A stretch of 63,870 nt of DNA, counting the filler, from Octopus bimaculoides (Eukaryota): assembly GCF_001194135.2 (NCBI RefSeq). It is 6 parts of 6 records of this genome, joined end to end, with 100 filler letters (N's around TTAATTAATTAA, not from the genome) between each part and the next. Parts side by side here need not be neighbours in the genome. Positions count along the whole stretch, not along the records: positions 26,054 to 41,838 come from NC_068996.1; positions 41,939 to 59,397 come from NC_069005.1; 4 more parts are not named here. One strand, 5' to 3'. Made by a program: the position numbers and the translations under genes. Positions 39,560-51,782 of this stretch are shown here, one piece after another. The notes below the pieces were generated by a model. The model worked only from the letters and a program-made list of their open reading frames with translations. It searched no databases and was not told the DNA's origin. Position 1 is the stretch's first letter. Each line of letters opens with the position of its first letter.

Positions 39560-41322
39560 AAAATTAAGATAAGCAACAAGGATATCCAAAGTTAATGCAG
39601 TACGATCATTTCATGCGACTCCATTTATTTAAGCAATGTGAACATTACATCAAATGTAAAATGCAGTGCAATTCTCAACTGCACAAAGATATAGAAATTT
39701 ACTGAAATTACATTTCAACAGAAGGACATATTACTGTTGTAACTACATTTAAACTCTCCAAGTAGAAAGGAAGAATACAAAAAATCATTTTGACTTAACC
39801 AGACCATACAGGCTAGTAATTAATTCTTAGATTTTTAACTGTCACTGATTTTTGTTTTTTTGTTTCATCTTATTAGACCTAGTGATTCAAAGCTTAAGAG
39901 GACACCAGCATTTTCCTTATAAGAAAAGGGAAAGGGGTAAACAATATACATGGATGATATGGTTATAAAGATTCTTTGGGTTTAGTGACAAACTACTACA
40001 GGTTGAGGGATTTTCTCTACTAGCAGACCAGTTTATAATGGAGCTTTTATCTCTTATGTGTCCTTTAAATCAGTGGGTTTCAAACTGTGGTCCGCAAGGA
40101 CAAGACAGGGGGTCCGTGGACAGCAAATACTTTTTATGGGCAATTTGATTTTATATATGGTTTTTAATCNNNNNNNNNNACTTTTTATGGGCAATTTGAT
40201 TTTATATATGGTTTTTAATCGAAATCTTTTAATTGACAATAAACCTATTTGTTAAATATTGTTAAATAAATAAATATAAAAATATATGTTATGTTAAGCA
40301 AATATTTATGTATAGATTTCATAAGCGTTTATAAGGGTAAAGCCTGAAATATAAAGGGGTTCGCAAGTCAAAAAGTTTGAAAACCCCTACTTTAAATAAT
40401 ATTAGATATATAAGTTTAATTTTAAAATAATTTTTAGTCCAATATATTAAAAAAAATTTTAATTTCATATCTTATCTATATGGTTCTTTATATTGGTGTA
40501 AATAAGTCTAAATGCACTTTACCAGAGCATTTTAAATTAATACTACTTCATGGTTTTTGCATACTGAATGTATTGATTAGTTACATTACTATACACTATT
40601 TCTTTTTATTTCTTATTTCATTATTAATTTATTAATTTATAATTAGCGTTTATTTATTCACATATTAATTAAGCAGATATTGGTATCTCAAATTTTCCAA
40701 ACCTAGCGTATGTAAAACAATACTGCTACATTATTCTGATTCATGAAAACTATGAATAAACATATACTGTATCTGTACACATATAGCAACTTTATTTTAT
40801 ATACTTTTGACCTAGGTGCCTAATCTTAAAACTTCCCCTACTCCATTATAAACTGGTCTGCTAGTAGGGAAACCCCCTCAACCTATAGTAGTTTGTCACT
40901 AAACCCAAACAATCTTTATAACCATATCCATGTATATTGTTTACTCCTTTCCCTTTCCCTATAAGGAAAAGACTGGTGCCCTCTTAAGCTTTGAATCACT
41001 AGGTCTGATAAGATGAAACAAAAAAAAAAAAAATCAGTGACAGTTAAAAATCTGCTTAGAATTAATTACTAGCCTGTATGGTCTGGCTATGTCAAAAATG
41101 GTTTTTTGAATTCTTCTTTCCTACTTGGAGAGGTTAAATGTAGTTATAAAAATATGTCCTTCTGTTGAAATGAAATTTCAGTAAATTTCTATATCTTTGT
41201 GCAGCTGAGGATTGCTCTGCATTTTAGATTTGATGTAATGTTCACAGTGCTTAAATAAATGGAGTCGCATGAAACGATCGTACTGCATTAACTTTGGATA
41301 TCTTTGTTACTTATTTTGATTT
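39560..41322. repeat. Long inverted repeat (arms 39560-40043 and 40841-41322)
   Basis: For example GGATATCCAAAGTTAATGCAGTACGATC vs GATCGTACTGCATTAACTTTGGATATC, and GCAGACCAGTTTATAATGGAG vs CTCCATTATAAACTGGTCTGC. Confidence 0.88.
40071..40389. mobile_element. hAT (Charlie-like) MITE
   Basis: CAGTGGGTTTCAAAC...GTTTGAAAACCCCTA ends; 8-bp TSD CTTTAAAT on both sides. Confidence 0.85.
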
Positions 41323-41409
41323 ATAGATAGATATAGATAAAGATATATATATGTACATACACACACACAAATACATCAATATATTCATATACATTCATGT
41401 GATATTTTC

Positions 41410-41570
41410 CTTACATGGTTTTTTCCCTTTCTTCATTTGTTTCCATAGAAGAGTGTAGGCTCAAAACTTCAAAATCTCTTCCAGTTTTCCTGAGCCTCAA
41501 ACAAATACACCTTTGTTGTTCCCTTACTTGCCTCTGTCTTCTGATTCTGTTTTTTTGTACAATTTTGAAC
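41410..41570 (+). mobile_element. Degenerate solo PLE terminal repeat
   Basis: GAAGAGTGTAGGCTCAAAAC...TTTCCTGAGCCTCAAACAAATACACCT resembles 60138-60205. Confidence 0.6.
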
Positions 41571-41939
41571 CATATATATATATATATATACATATATATC
41601 TGTTCATCCTCTAATTCCTTATGTACTTTGTACTTCTATATGTAAACCATGTTGGCAAAATAACATAGTCTGCCATGGACACCTGTGCTTTGGTTCTTTC
41701 TTTCTTTTTCTTTTCTTCTTTTTTTGTCACTTTTGCTATGAATTAAATTAATGAATTCAATGGGATACACCGTCTGCAAGTAGTTGGGTTCAGCATATTA
41801 TCCTCCATTTTCTAATTGCTATACAAATTTTGGGTAAANNNNNNNNNNNNNNNNNNNNNNNNNNNNNNNNNNNNNNNNNNNNTTAATTAATTAANNNNNN
41901 NNNNNNNNNNNNNNNNNNNNNNNNNNNNNNNNNNNNNNA

Positions 41940-42207
41940 GTGCCCCTGGACTGGCTTGTGCGGGTGGCACATAAAAGACACCATTTCGAGCGTGGCCGTT
42001 TTCGTGCGGGTGACACGTAAAAGCACCCACTACACTCTCTGAATGGTTGGCGTTAGGAAGGGCATCCAGCTGTAGAAACTCTGCCAAATTAGACTGGAGC
42101 CTGGTGTTGCCATCCGGTTTCACCAGTCCTCAGTCAAATCGTCCAACCCATGCTAGCATGGAAAGCGGACGTTAAACGATGATGATGATGATGATGATGA
42201 TGATGAT
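41940..42207 (+). mobile_element. 3' end of the same RTE family
   Basis: GGCATCCAGCTGTAGAAACTCTGCCAAA...GGACGTTAAAC(GAT)n, as at 32620-32760. Confidence 0.88.
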
Positions 42208-42364
42208 ATATATATATATATCTTAGTTCTTGAATTTTATATATATACATCTTAGTTCTTGAATTTTTGTGTTTACAGTTCTTTTGCCCATGTTATTTTT
42301 TTATTTTTTAACATCCGTTTCAAATCCAGCTGTTTCTATTGGTTTTACTCTTTGTATTTCACAG

Positions 42365-42511
42365 GGCGTTACTGAAAATGTTGAGTGAGATTCATTACTG
42401 GGAGTACCTTATGTTTGAAATACCTTACTATGCTGCCAGAGTGTACTCAAAACAGAAAGAGTTACGAGATCGCCGTGAACATGTACTGCTTGTTGTCAGA
42501 GATTACAACAG
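42365..42511 (+). CDS. DNAH2: DNAH2 exon a (147 nt) ALLKMLSEIHYWEYLMFEIPYY...VRDYNR
   Basis: ttcacag| acceptor, |gtgaga donor; phase 2 at both ends. Confidence 0.92.
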
Positions 42512-45500
42512 GTGAGACAATCTAAGACAATATTTGTTTTCACAGTTCTTTACTTCTGAGTGAAGGCATATGGTTTAGTGGTTAGGGTATTCAGTTCGCA
42601 ATTGTAAGATCATGAGTTCAATTCCAGGCAGTGTGTTGTGTCCTTGAGCAAAGACACTTTATTTCACATTACTCCAGCCCACTCAGCTGGCAAAAATGTG
42701 TTGTACTTGTAATTCAAAGGGCCAGATTTATCACATTCTGTGTCATGTTGAATCTCCCTGATAACTATATTAAGGGTACACATGTCTGTGAAGCGCTCAG
42801 CCACTTGCATATTAATTTCATGAACAGGCTTTTCATTGATCAGATCAACTGGAACCCTTATCATCATAACCGATGGAGTGCCAGTTCCATTCTTTCTTTG
42901 TGAAAAGTCTCAACAATTTTGCAATTTTTTTTGCTTTGCTTAACATCAGGGTGTTGGGTTCAGGACTTGAAAATTTTCGGCTTAAAGCTTATCAGAGTTA
43001 TCTATGTATGAAATTAACCATATCTGGGTGAACTGAGCATGAAGTTACCCTGTGCTGGTTAACTTAGTATGAAGTTGTTAAACCTAGGTTTAACTGAGTA
43101 TGAAGTTAGCCTTGTCAGGGCTAACTGAGTATGAAATTAAACCTATTAGGATTAATTTAAAATTGAGTTGTTAACCCTACTAGGTTGTTTACCATTGTTA
43201 ACCCTATCAGGATTAATATAGTATGAAGTTGTTGACCTTCTTGGGGTTATTTAAGTATGACATTAACCCTATTAGGGTTATCTTAGTATGAAGTTAACCC
43301 TATCAGAATTAACTTATGAGGTTAACCATATTTGGGTTAATTTAGTATGAGGTTAGCCACAACCGAATTAACTTAGAATGAGGTTAGCCACATCTGAGTT
43401 AACTTATGAGGTTAGCCATATTTTGGTTAATTTAGTATGAGCTTAGCCATATCTGGGTTAACTTAGTATGAGGTTAACCATATCTGGGTTAACTTAGAAT
43501 AAGGTTGACCATATCTGGGTTAATTTAGAATGAGGTTAGCTACATCTGGGTTAACTTAGAATGAGGTTAGCCACATCTGGGTTAACTTAGAATGAGGTTA
43601 GCCACATGTGGGTTAACTTAATATAAGTTATTAACCCTGTTAAGGTTAACAGCCTCAATCCTTTCCATTACTCTTTCCTCCTTGCTCAGGATCATCAATT
43701 CACTGAATCAAAACGAGCGAGGCCTATTTAAAGAACGCATCAAGTTTTTGGACAAGAAAATTTCTCCGGGCCTCAGTAAGCTGACCTGGAATTCCAAAGG
43801 AACGACCGATTCTTTCATCACAGAATGCCGAAACACTGCCGAGAAGATCCAACTGAAGATTGATTGCTTCAAGGCCGACAACTTGAAGATTGCAATGAGC
43901 TGTGTGCAAATCAGTGAGATGTTGCTCACAGACATCGACTCTCGGAAGGTTTACAAAGAATTAGAATTCGGTGCTCATCAGGTAGGCTAGAAATAAATTA
44001 CTCACTATTTGCCCCTGACCGAACCGAACCGACCCCCCCCCCTCCACCACCACCATTGGTGTGTTTACGTCTATTGTTCTCTTTTGCAGTTCAGCAAAAA
44101 ATCGAATAAAAGAATATGTATTCTGTCGTTGATCCCCTGTTATATAAAATGTTTATTGAATTGTTTCTATCTCTTCGCTACAGGAACAGCACCGGCTGAG
44201 GACACTTGCTAAATTGATCGACATCCACCAAGAAATCCTCTCCATCATAGACAAACAGTTCGAAACATTCAAGAACGATGGCTCCGAGGTGAGGATCTTC
44301 AGCATTTTCAACAGAAACTTTTTTCTNNNNNNNNNNNNNNNNNNNNNNNNNNNNNNNNNNNNNNNNNNNNNNNNNNNNNNNNNNNNNNNNNNNNNNNNNN
44401 NNNNNNNNNNNNNNNNNNNNNNNNNNNNNNNNNNNNNNNNNNNNNNNNNNNNNNNNNNNNNNNNNNNNNNNNNNNNNNNNNNNNNNNNNNNNNNNNNNNN
44501 NNNNNNNNNNNNNNNNNNNNNNNNNNNNNNNNNNNNNNNNNNNNNNNNNNNNNNNNNNNNNNNNNNNNNNNNNNNNNNNNNNNNNNNNNNNNNNNNNNNN
44601 NNNNNNNNNNNNNNNNNNNNNNNNNNNNNNNNNNNNNNNNNNNNNNNNNNNNNNNNNNNNNNNNNNNNNNNNNNNNNNNNNNNNNNNNACATGCCACTGG
44701 CACAGGAGCCAGTCATGGGGCACTGGCATCAACAACATTCGGATGGTGCTTTTTATGTGCCACCAGCACAGGAGCCAGTCAGGAGGCACTGGCATCAACA
44801 TTTGGATGGTGCATTTTATGTGCCACCAGCACAGGAGCCAGTCAAGGGGCACATTTGAAAGTCTATGAGGATTACTTAATACAGTTTTTGAAGTATAAAG
44901 GTGATTTTTTTTTTTTTTAAACTAATTTTTAAAAAAAATGTTATGATATCTGTTATGGGGATGTTACTAAGCTTTTTCAGGAAGAAGTTTCTAGTGTGTG
45001 AGTGCTTTCATTAAACCTTATCTATACTTATACAAGGGTCTGCTGAACTTTTTAACGTCCCCTTGTATTATTAACGGTTGTACGGTAAAGCTCTCCTGTC
45101 GATTTCCGATCAAAGGTTTACAACTATTGGTTCATTCATATTAACAATCTGGACCGGATGATAGAAGAAGCCTTCCGTTTGAACATCAAGTACTCCTTGC
45201 AGACCATCTCGAAAGCAATCAACATTGACACCAAAGCAGCACCAAACCCGCTCTTCAGTGTAGAAGTCATTCTTCGTAATGACACTGTGAGTATCTCCTA
45301 TAGCTTTTTTCTTTTATTTTTGTATTAGATTGTGCCCATTCTTCCATTTCTTTTTCTCTTCTCCTCCTCCTTCCTTCGGCTCCTCCTCCACCTCTTCTTC
45401 TTCTTCTTTCAATTCTCCTTCTCCTTCTTTCAATTTTCCTTCTTCTTCTCCTTTCAATTCTTCTTCTTCTTCTTCTTCTTCTTCTTCTTCTTCTTCTTCT

Positions 45501-48500
45501 TCTTCTTCTTCTTCTTCTTCTTCTTCTTCTTTCAATTCTCCTTCTCCTTCCTTCAATTCTCCTTCTCCTTTCAATTCTTCTTCTTCTCCTTTCAATTCTT
45601 CTTCTTCTTCTTCTTCTTCTTCTTCTTCTTCTTCTTCTTCTTCTTCTTCTTCTTTCAATTCTCTTTCTCCTTTCTTCAATTCTCCTTCTCCTTTCTTCAA
45701 TTCTCCTTCTTCACCAATGATTAAAATTTCATGCTAATCTATGTTCGAAACAATGACTCAATCATAACAAGGTTCTTTTACTGCATTCAATATTTTCAAA
45801 GTTAACTAAAAAAAAAAGCACCATATTTCAAAAGAAATATCGTGATAAAAGAGCTAAACTTGATAGAGACAGGCTTAGTGCTTGCATGTGTGTAATATAG
45901 TTTTTTTTAATACTTTATTTATATTACTCTCATCATAATGATTGTCATCATTATTATTCCTTGTATATATACATACTGAACTTTCCGGCATACAAGTCAA
46001 ATTTTTCAGATCAAAATTTACAGTCAAAAAGAAGGTAGGTTGCCTTATAGGTAGGTTGCTGGACCAAAATCTCATGCAAAATGCAGCAGGGTCTGGAGAG
46101 ATAGGGACAGTGTTTGAGTGTTTACACTACATGTTTACAGTATATATATACTACGTTGACTTGTCTGCCAGAAAATACAGTGTGTATGATATGTAGTGTC
46201 CGTAATCCTCATTAAAAAACTTCTATTAAAAGACTGTGAGATCCGATGAAAAACCTTCAGTTTTCTACTTCTCTGTACAGATCCACTTCTCACCAAGCAT
46301 CGAGGAATTGGATAACATGGTGTACTATGTGGGAAAGGATATGGTAACATCACTAAGCCAGATACCACGTCTTATTGAAAAGTACCCCAAAGAAGGAGTA
46401 ACAAAATTGGTAAGAGAGTGACATTTTTCCTTTTTTTTTCCCCTTCTTAAAAGTTCTAATAGTCTGGATGCAGTGCTTGGTTTGTCACCTATTTTCTACT
46501 ATAGCAAAGCACTTCATTGAGCAAAGCACTTCATTGAGCAAAGCACTTCATTGAGCAAAGCACTTCATTTCACATCGCTCTGTGATCATTTGAACATCTG
46601 ACATGTGGTGCCCCATTGCACCTGTACAGTTAATGTCGATCTGATGGAGGGAGTGAGCTTACATCTACACAAACATTTGATCACTACAAACAAATCATCT
46701 GTGTGGTTGTTCAGTAAGAAATTGTCAAACCCTCATACATCATCTAACGACGGGACAGTCCATCATATACACACACGCATGCATACACACACACACATAC
46801 ACATACATAGATAGACGGATCTCTTTATCACTTGTTTTCGTTGCAGTGTATATCTGAAGAAATTTCAACAAATGATGAAATCAAGAAAATCAAGAACCTC
46901 ATTGCAACCGGAATGAAGACCAATGCTAGCAAACTTTGGAACTATCGCCAGACCTGGGAGGAAGAAAAGGTCTTGTGGGAGATTGACAAAGAATCCTTCA
47001 TAACAAGATACAAAAAGTCACAGCCGTCTGTATCAAAGTTTGATGGAGATATCGGCAGGTAATTCTTGATGAGCGTCTTTTTATATACACCCGTGTATGT
47101 ATATTTATGTATGTATCATCATCATCATCATTTAGCATCTGTTGTCCATGCTGGCATGGGTAAAAGGAGCACTCTGTTGGTTATGATCAGCGGAACAACT
47201 TGCTTGTGAAATTAATGTGCAAGTGGCTGAGCACTCCACAGACACATGTACCCCTAACGTAGTTCTCAGGGAGATTCAGCGTGATAAACAGTGTGACAAG
47301 GCTGGCCTCTTTGAAATACAGGTACTACTCATTTTTGCCAGCTGAGTGGACTGGAGCAACATGAAATAAAGTGTTTTGGTCAAGGACACAACGCGTCGCC
47401 GGAAATTGAACTCACGACCTTACGATTGTGAGCCAAATGCCCTAACCACTAAGCCACGCGCCTTCACGGCTGGCATGGGTGGGATGGTTTGACCGGGATT
47501 GGTGCACTGCCTTGAAGGACTTTTTAGTCGAATGAATCAACGCCAGAACTTATTTTTAAAGCCTGGTACTTATTCTTTTGCCGAACTGCTACGTTACAGG
47601 GATGCAAACACCCCAACACATGGCCAAGGTGTCACACAGTGGGATTGAACCTGAGACCATGTGGTTGGGAAGTAAACTTCTTACCACACAGCCATGCAGT
47701 CATGTGTTTATGTTGGTACCTTTTATTTGTTTCGGTCATTAGACTGTGGCCATGCTGGGGCACCAGCTTGAAGAAATCTTTTAGTTGAATGAATCGATCC
47801 CCAGTATTTATCTTTCTTTTTTCTTTAAGCCTGATACTTATTCTATCAATCTCTTTTGCTGAACTGCTAATTTACAGGGGATATAAACACACCAACACTG
47901 GTTGAGAAGTGGTGGTGGGGGAGAAACACAGACACAAAGGCGCATACACACACACACACACATATATACACAACAGGCTTCTTTCAGTTTCCGTCTACCA
48001 AATCCGCTCAAGACTATAGTAGAAAACACTTGCCTGAGGTGCCACACAGTAGGACTGAACCCAGAACCATGTGGTTGGAAAACAATCTTCTTACCACACA
48101 GCTACACATATCCTTTATTACATAACTGCAATGTGTAGGTCGTCCTTTAATCCTTTCATTACCAACCTGGCTGAAACCAGCTCTGGCTCAGAGTACGAAT
48201 GTCTTGTTTTCATTAGTTTTGAATTAAAATCTTCCACCAAACCTTAGTCACAATTAATGTTCCTAACACTAGCTGAGTGATAACTAATTTATTTTANNNN
48301 NNNNNNTCCACCAAACCTTAGTCACAATTAATGTTCCTAACACTAGCTGAATGATAACTAAGTTATTTTACTAAATCCTTTGTTATGTTTAAAATTAATT
48401 GAAAGAAACACAGAGCATCACAAAAGAAATATGGCAACAAAAGGGTTAAAATATATAATAGAGAAACAATTCTTAACCCTTTCGTTACCAACCCAGCTGA

Positions 48501-51500
48501 AACCACCTCTGGGTCTCTAGTACAAATGTCTGGTTTTCATAAGTTTTGTATTAAAATCTTCCACCAAACCTTAGTCACAATTAATGTTCCTAACACTAGC
48601 TGAGTGATAACTAATTTATTTTACTGAATTCTTTGTTATATTTAAAATAATTGAGAGAAACACAGAGCATCTCTAAATAAATACAGTAACGAAAGGGGGT
48701 TAATAACATTATAGTTTTACCTCTTATGTTTCAGATACACTGAAAAGGCAAACAATATCCAAAGCAAAGAGACGGTTATTAACATAGACTTTGTCGTCCT
48801 CAATTGTACTCCGCTGAAAGCTGCCATCCAGGGCCATTGTATAGAATGGCAGAATAAACTGACTGGTCTTCTTTTGGAATTGGCCACAACTGAACTCACA
48901 ACTCTTGATAGCTATATTAAAACGAATACTAAGCTGTAAGTAATTTCTTTCATTTGTGTGGTGGGGGGTTTGTTTCTATTATTTCGTTTGGTGTTGTTCT
49001 TCAGGTTTTGACCATAAAACTGTGGTCCTGAAGGGCTTAGTATTGGCACCTGTGTTTTTGTCTGGTCTTTCTTTTGTCAACGTTGGGAGAAGATAAAGCA
49101 ATACTGGCCTGGGCAGGATTTTGACTTATGACTTTAAAGAGAAGCCATGGAGCTTAATACCGCAAAATTATTTGTCAAATGTTCTGGCTTCTACTGCTCA
49201 CACACACACATACATGCTCTCACCTGTGCATACACACTCACACATGCACATGCATGCACATATACACTCACACATGCACACGCACACTCACACACATGTA
49301 CACGTTTTGTTTCTGTGTCTGTATATATATATATGAGATGTGGTTTCTGTCTTTAAACTTCACTCACACAAGACTTTAATCAGCCCAGAGTTATGGTGGA
49401 AGACCCCATTATGCAAGGTACAAAACTGAGTGATTGAACCCAGAATCATTTACATTTTCTGTTTATTACTGCTATGTCTGCTTTGAACGATCTGCGCCAT
49501 GTTGTTTTTGGTCTTCCTCTCTTTCTCTTTCCGCCAGGTGGTTCCCATCTAAATGCTGTTTTGGCGTGCCGTTGGTCTGGCATGCGGAAAATGTGCCCAG
49601 CTAGTCTCATTCTTCTCTCTGCCACGATGTCTTGCAAACCTTCTGGACTGTTCTCCCTGGAGGATTGCAGTATTTGTGATGTGGTCGCGATCGGAGATCT
49701 TCAATATTTTCCGCAAGCACCTCTGATGGAATACATCCAGTTTCTTGGATATTGTTGATGTTACTTTCCAAGTTTCACTGGCGTACAATGCTGTTGGTAA
49801 CACGATGGTGCAGTTTTATTTTCAAATCATTACCAATCCATGCATCATCATCATCATCATCGTTTAACGTCCGATTTCCATGCTAGCATGGGTTGGATGA
49901 TTTGACTGAGGACTGGTGAAACCAGATGGCTGCACCAGGCTCCAATCTGATTTGGCAGAGTTTCTACAGCTGGATGCCCTTCCTAACGCCAACCACTCCG
50001 AGAGTGTAGTGGGTGCTTTTACATGCCACCGGCACGAAGGCCAGTCAGGCGGTACTGGCAACGGCCACGCTCAAAATGGTGTATTTTACGTGCCACCTGC
50101 ACAAGAGCCAGTCCAGCAGCACTGGCAACGATTTCGCTCGAATGTCTTTTCACGTGCCAGGAAGGCAACGTTGGTAACGATATCTAAAACAAAATTTTTT
50201 CAGGGGCCCTTAAAATATTATTGCGGATTTCTAGGCTGCTATTTTGTTTGGTGGGACCCTCCAACAATCTTATATGGTCTCTCATGGACCATAAGGACCC
50301 CGGTTGAGAACCACTAGTTAGTTAACAGTGTCTTTTTTCTTTTTTTCCTTTCTTTCTTTTCAGTGTATGCAAGACCCCTCAGACACTGGATGAACTGAAG
50401 GAAAGCCTGAAACTGTGGGAGGTGCTGAATGCTGAACAGGGCAAAATCGAAGCCCGCTTTCAGCCCCTGATGGAGCAGTTTGCAATCCTCAACAAATATG
50501 AAGTACCAATTGCAGAAGAGGTGAGAGATTTTTTTGGGGTCCCCTGTTTAACCCTAATCTAGCAAACCTATGATTAAAGGAGTTCCAACCATTGCCATCT
50601 CATTTTTTTTTTTTTTTTTTTTTTGTAGACTAAATGTGTCAAGGAATACATTATTCAGTGTGTTCTTTCTTATTTACAACAGTTGAGTTCTGAGGAAAAT
50701 TTGGCTGCTATTTCTAACTGGTTGAGCAACCATATGGTTAATTCACCATCAATTAATCATTATGGTTATTAGTCAGCTTTAATTTAATAGATCTATGATC
50801 AACGACATGCCAGCCATGACTGCCCTGTCATTGTTTTCAGACCCTGCATATCATAGATTACATAGGTACAGGTGTGGCTGTGTGGGTAAGAAGTTTGCTT
50901 CCAACCATGTGGTCCTCGGTTCAGTCCCACTGTGTGGTACCTTGGGCAAGTGTCTATTAGTATTCTCTATATAAATAGATTCAAAGAATTTATGGTTTTC
51001 TTCCTTTCAAATCAAGGGAGTAATTCTGGCATAAATAAGTATATTTTGGGGTAATTGGTTAAAAAAAGTTCCCTGCTGTAAATGAATAACCTGGAAATGC
51101 ATTTGCATTCCGTTCAGTGGGAATGTTGGTTTGCCTGCCTATCCAGCAGAGTGGCATCATTTTAAGCTACAACAGTGCAAGGAAGTGCATTGTGACCAGC
51201 GGTGTATAACAAACACTCCAGTAGTCTGGTTGATACAATGCTGTATTATGCACAGATGGATATGGTTACAATATTAGCAAGAGGTAAGGCATTGGGGCAT
51301 TTAGTTATATTTGCATGTTATTAAGGTTCTAAGTTGTGTTTCTATTTCTTTTATAGTCGACCATCATGTTACATGAACTGAAGGATCAGTGGAACACCTT
51401 TAAACTAACACTGGAGACAAGTGACTTCCTCCTGAAAAAATCCAAGGTATTAATTAGCATTCTTTGATTTATTTTGTGCATTTGTGTGTGCATGCATATG

Positions 51501-51506
51501 TGTGTG

Positions 51507-51555
<49 letters not shown>

Positions 51556-51721
51556 GAGAATGTACGGAAAAAAACAACAACAGACGAGGACAGGTGGTAT
51601 AAACAACAAAAAGATGTATTAGTTTAACGCTCGGGAATACAGAAAGTCTTTAACATTTCGAGCTAATCCCTTCAACAGAAAGAATACGGAGAAAAAAAAT
51701 TTGAATGGTTTGGTCAGCGAC

Positions 51722-51782
<61 letters not shown>

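Noticed and set aside
42561-42640. tRNA-like heads (also at 20148, 47400, 56211)
   Set aside because: A/B boxes without a full cloverleaf, followed by SINE bodies; not tRNA genes.
43010-43650. Regularly spaced palindromic repeats suggesting a CRISPR array
   Set aside because: No unique spacers, contiguous tandem units, eukaryotic intron, no cas genes.
45314-45737. Poly-Glu, poly-Ser and poly-Phe ORFs
   Set aside because: Translations of the (TTC)n tract within a DNAH2 intron.
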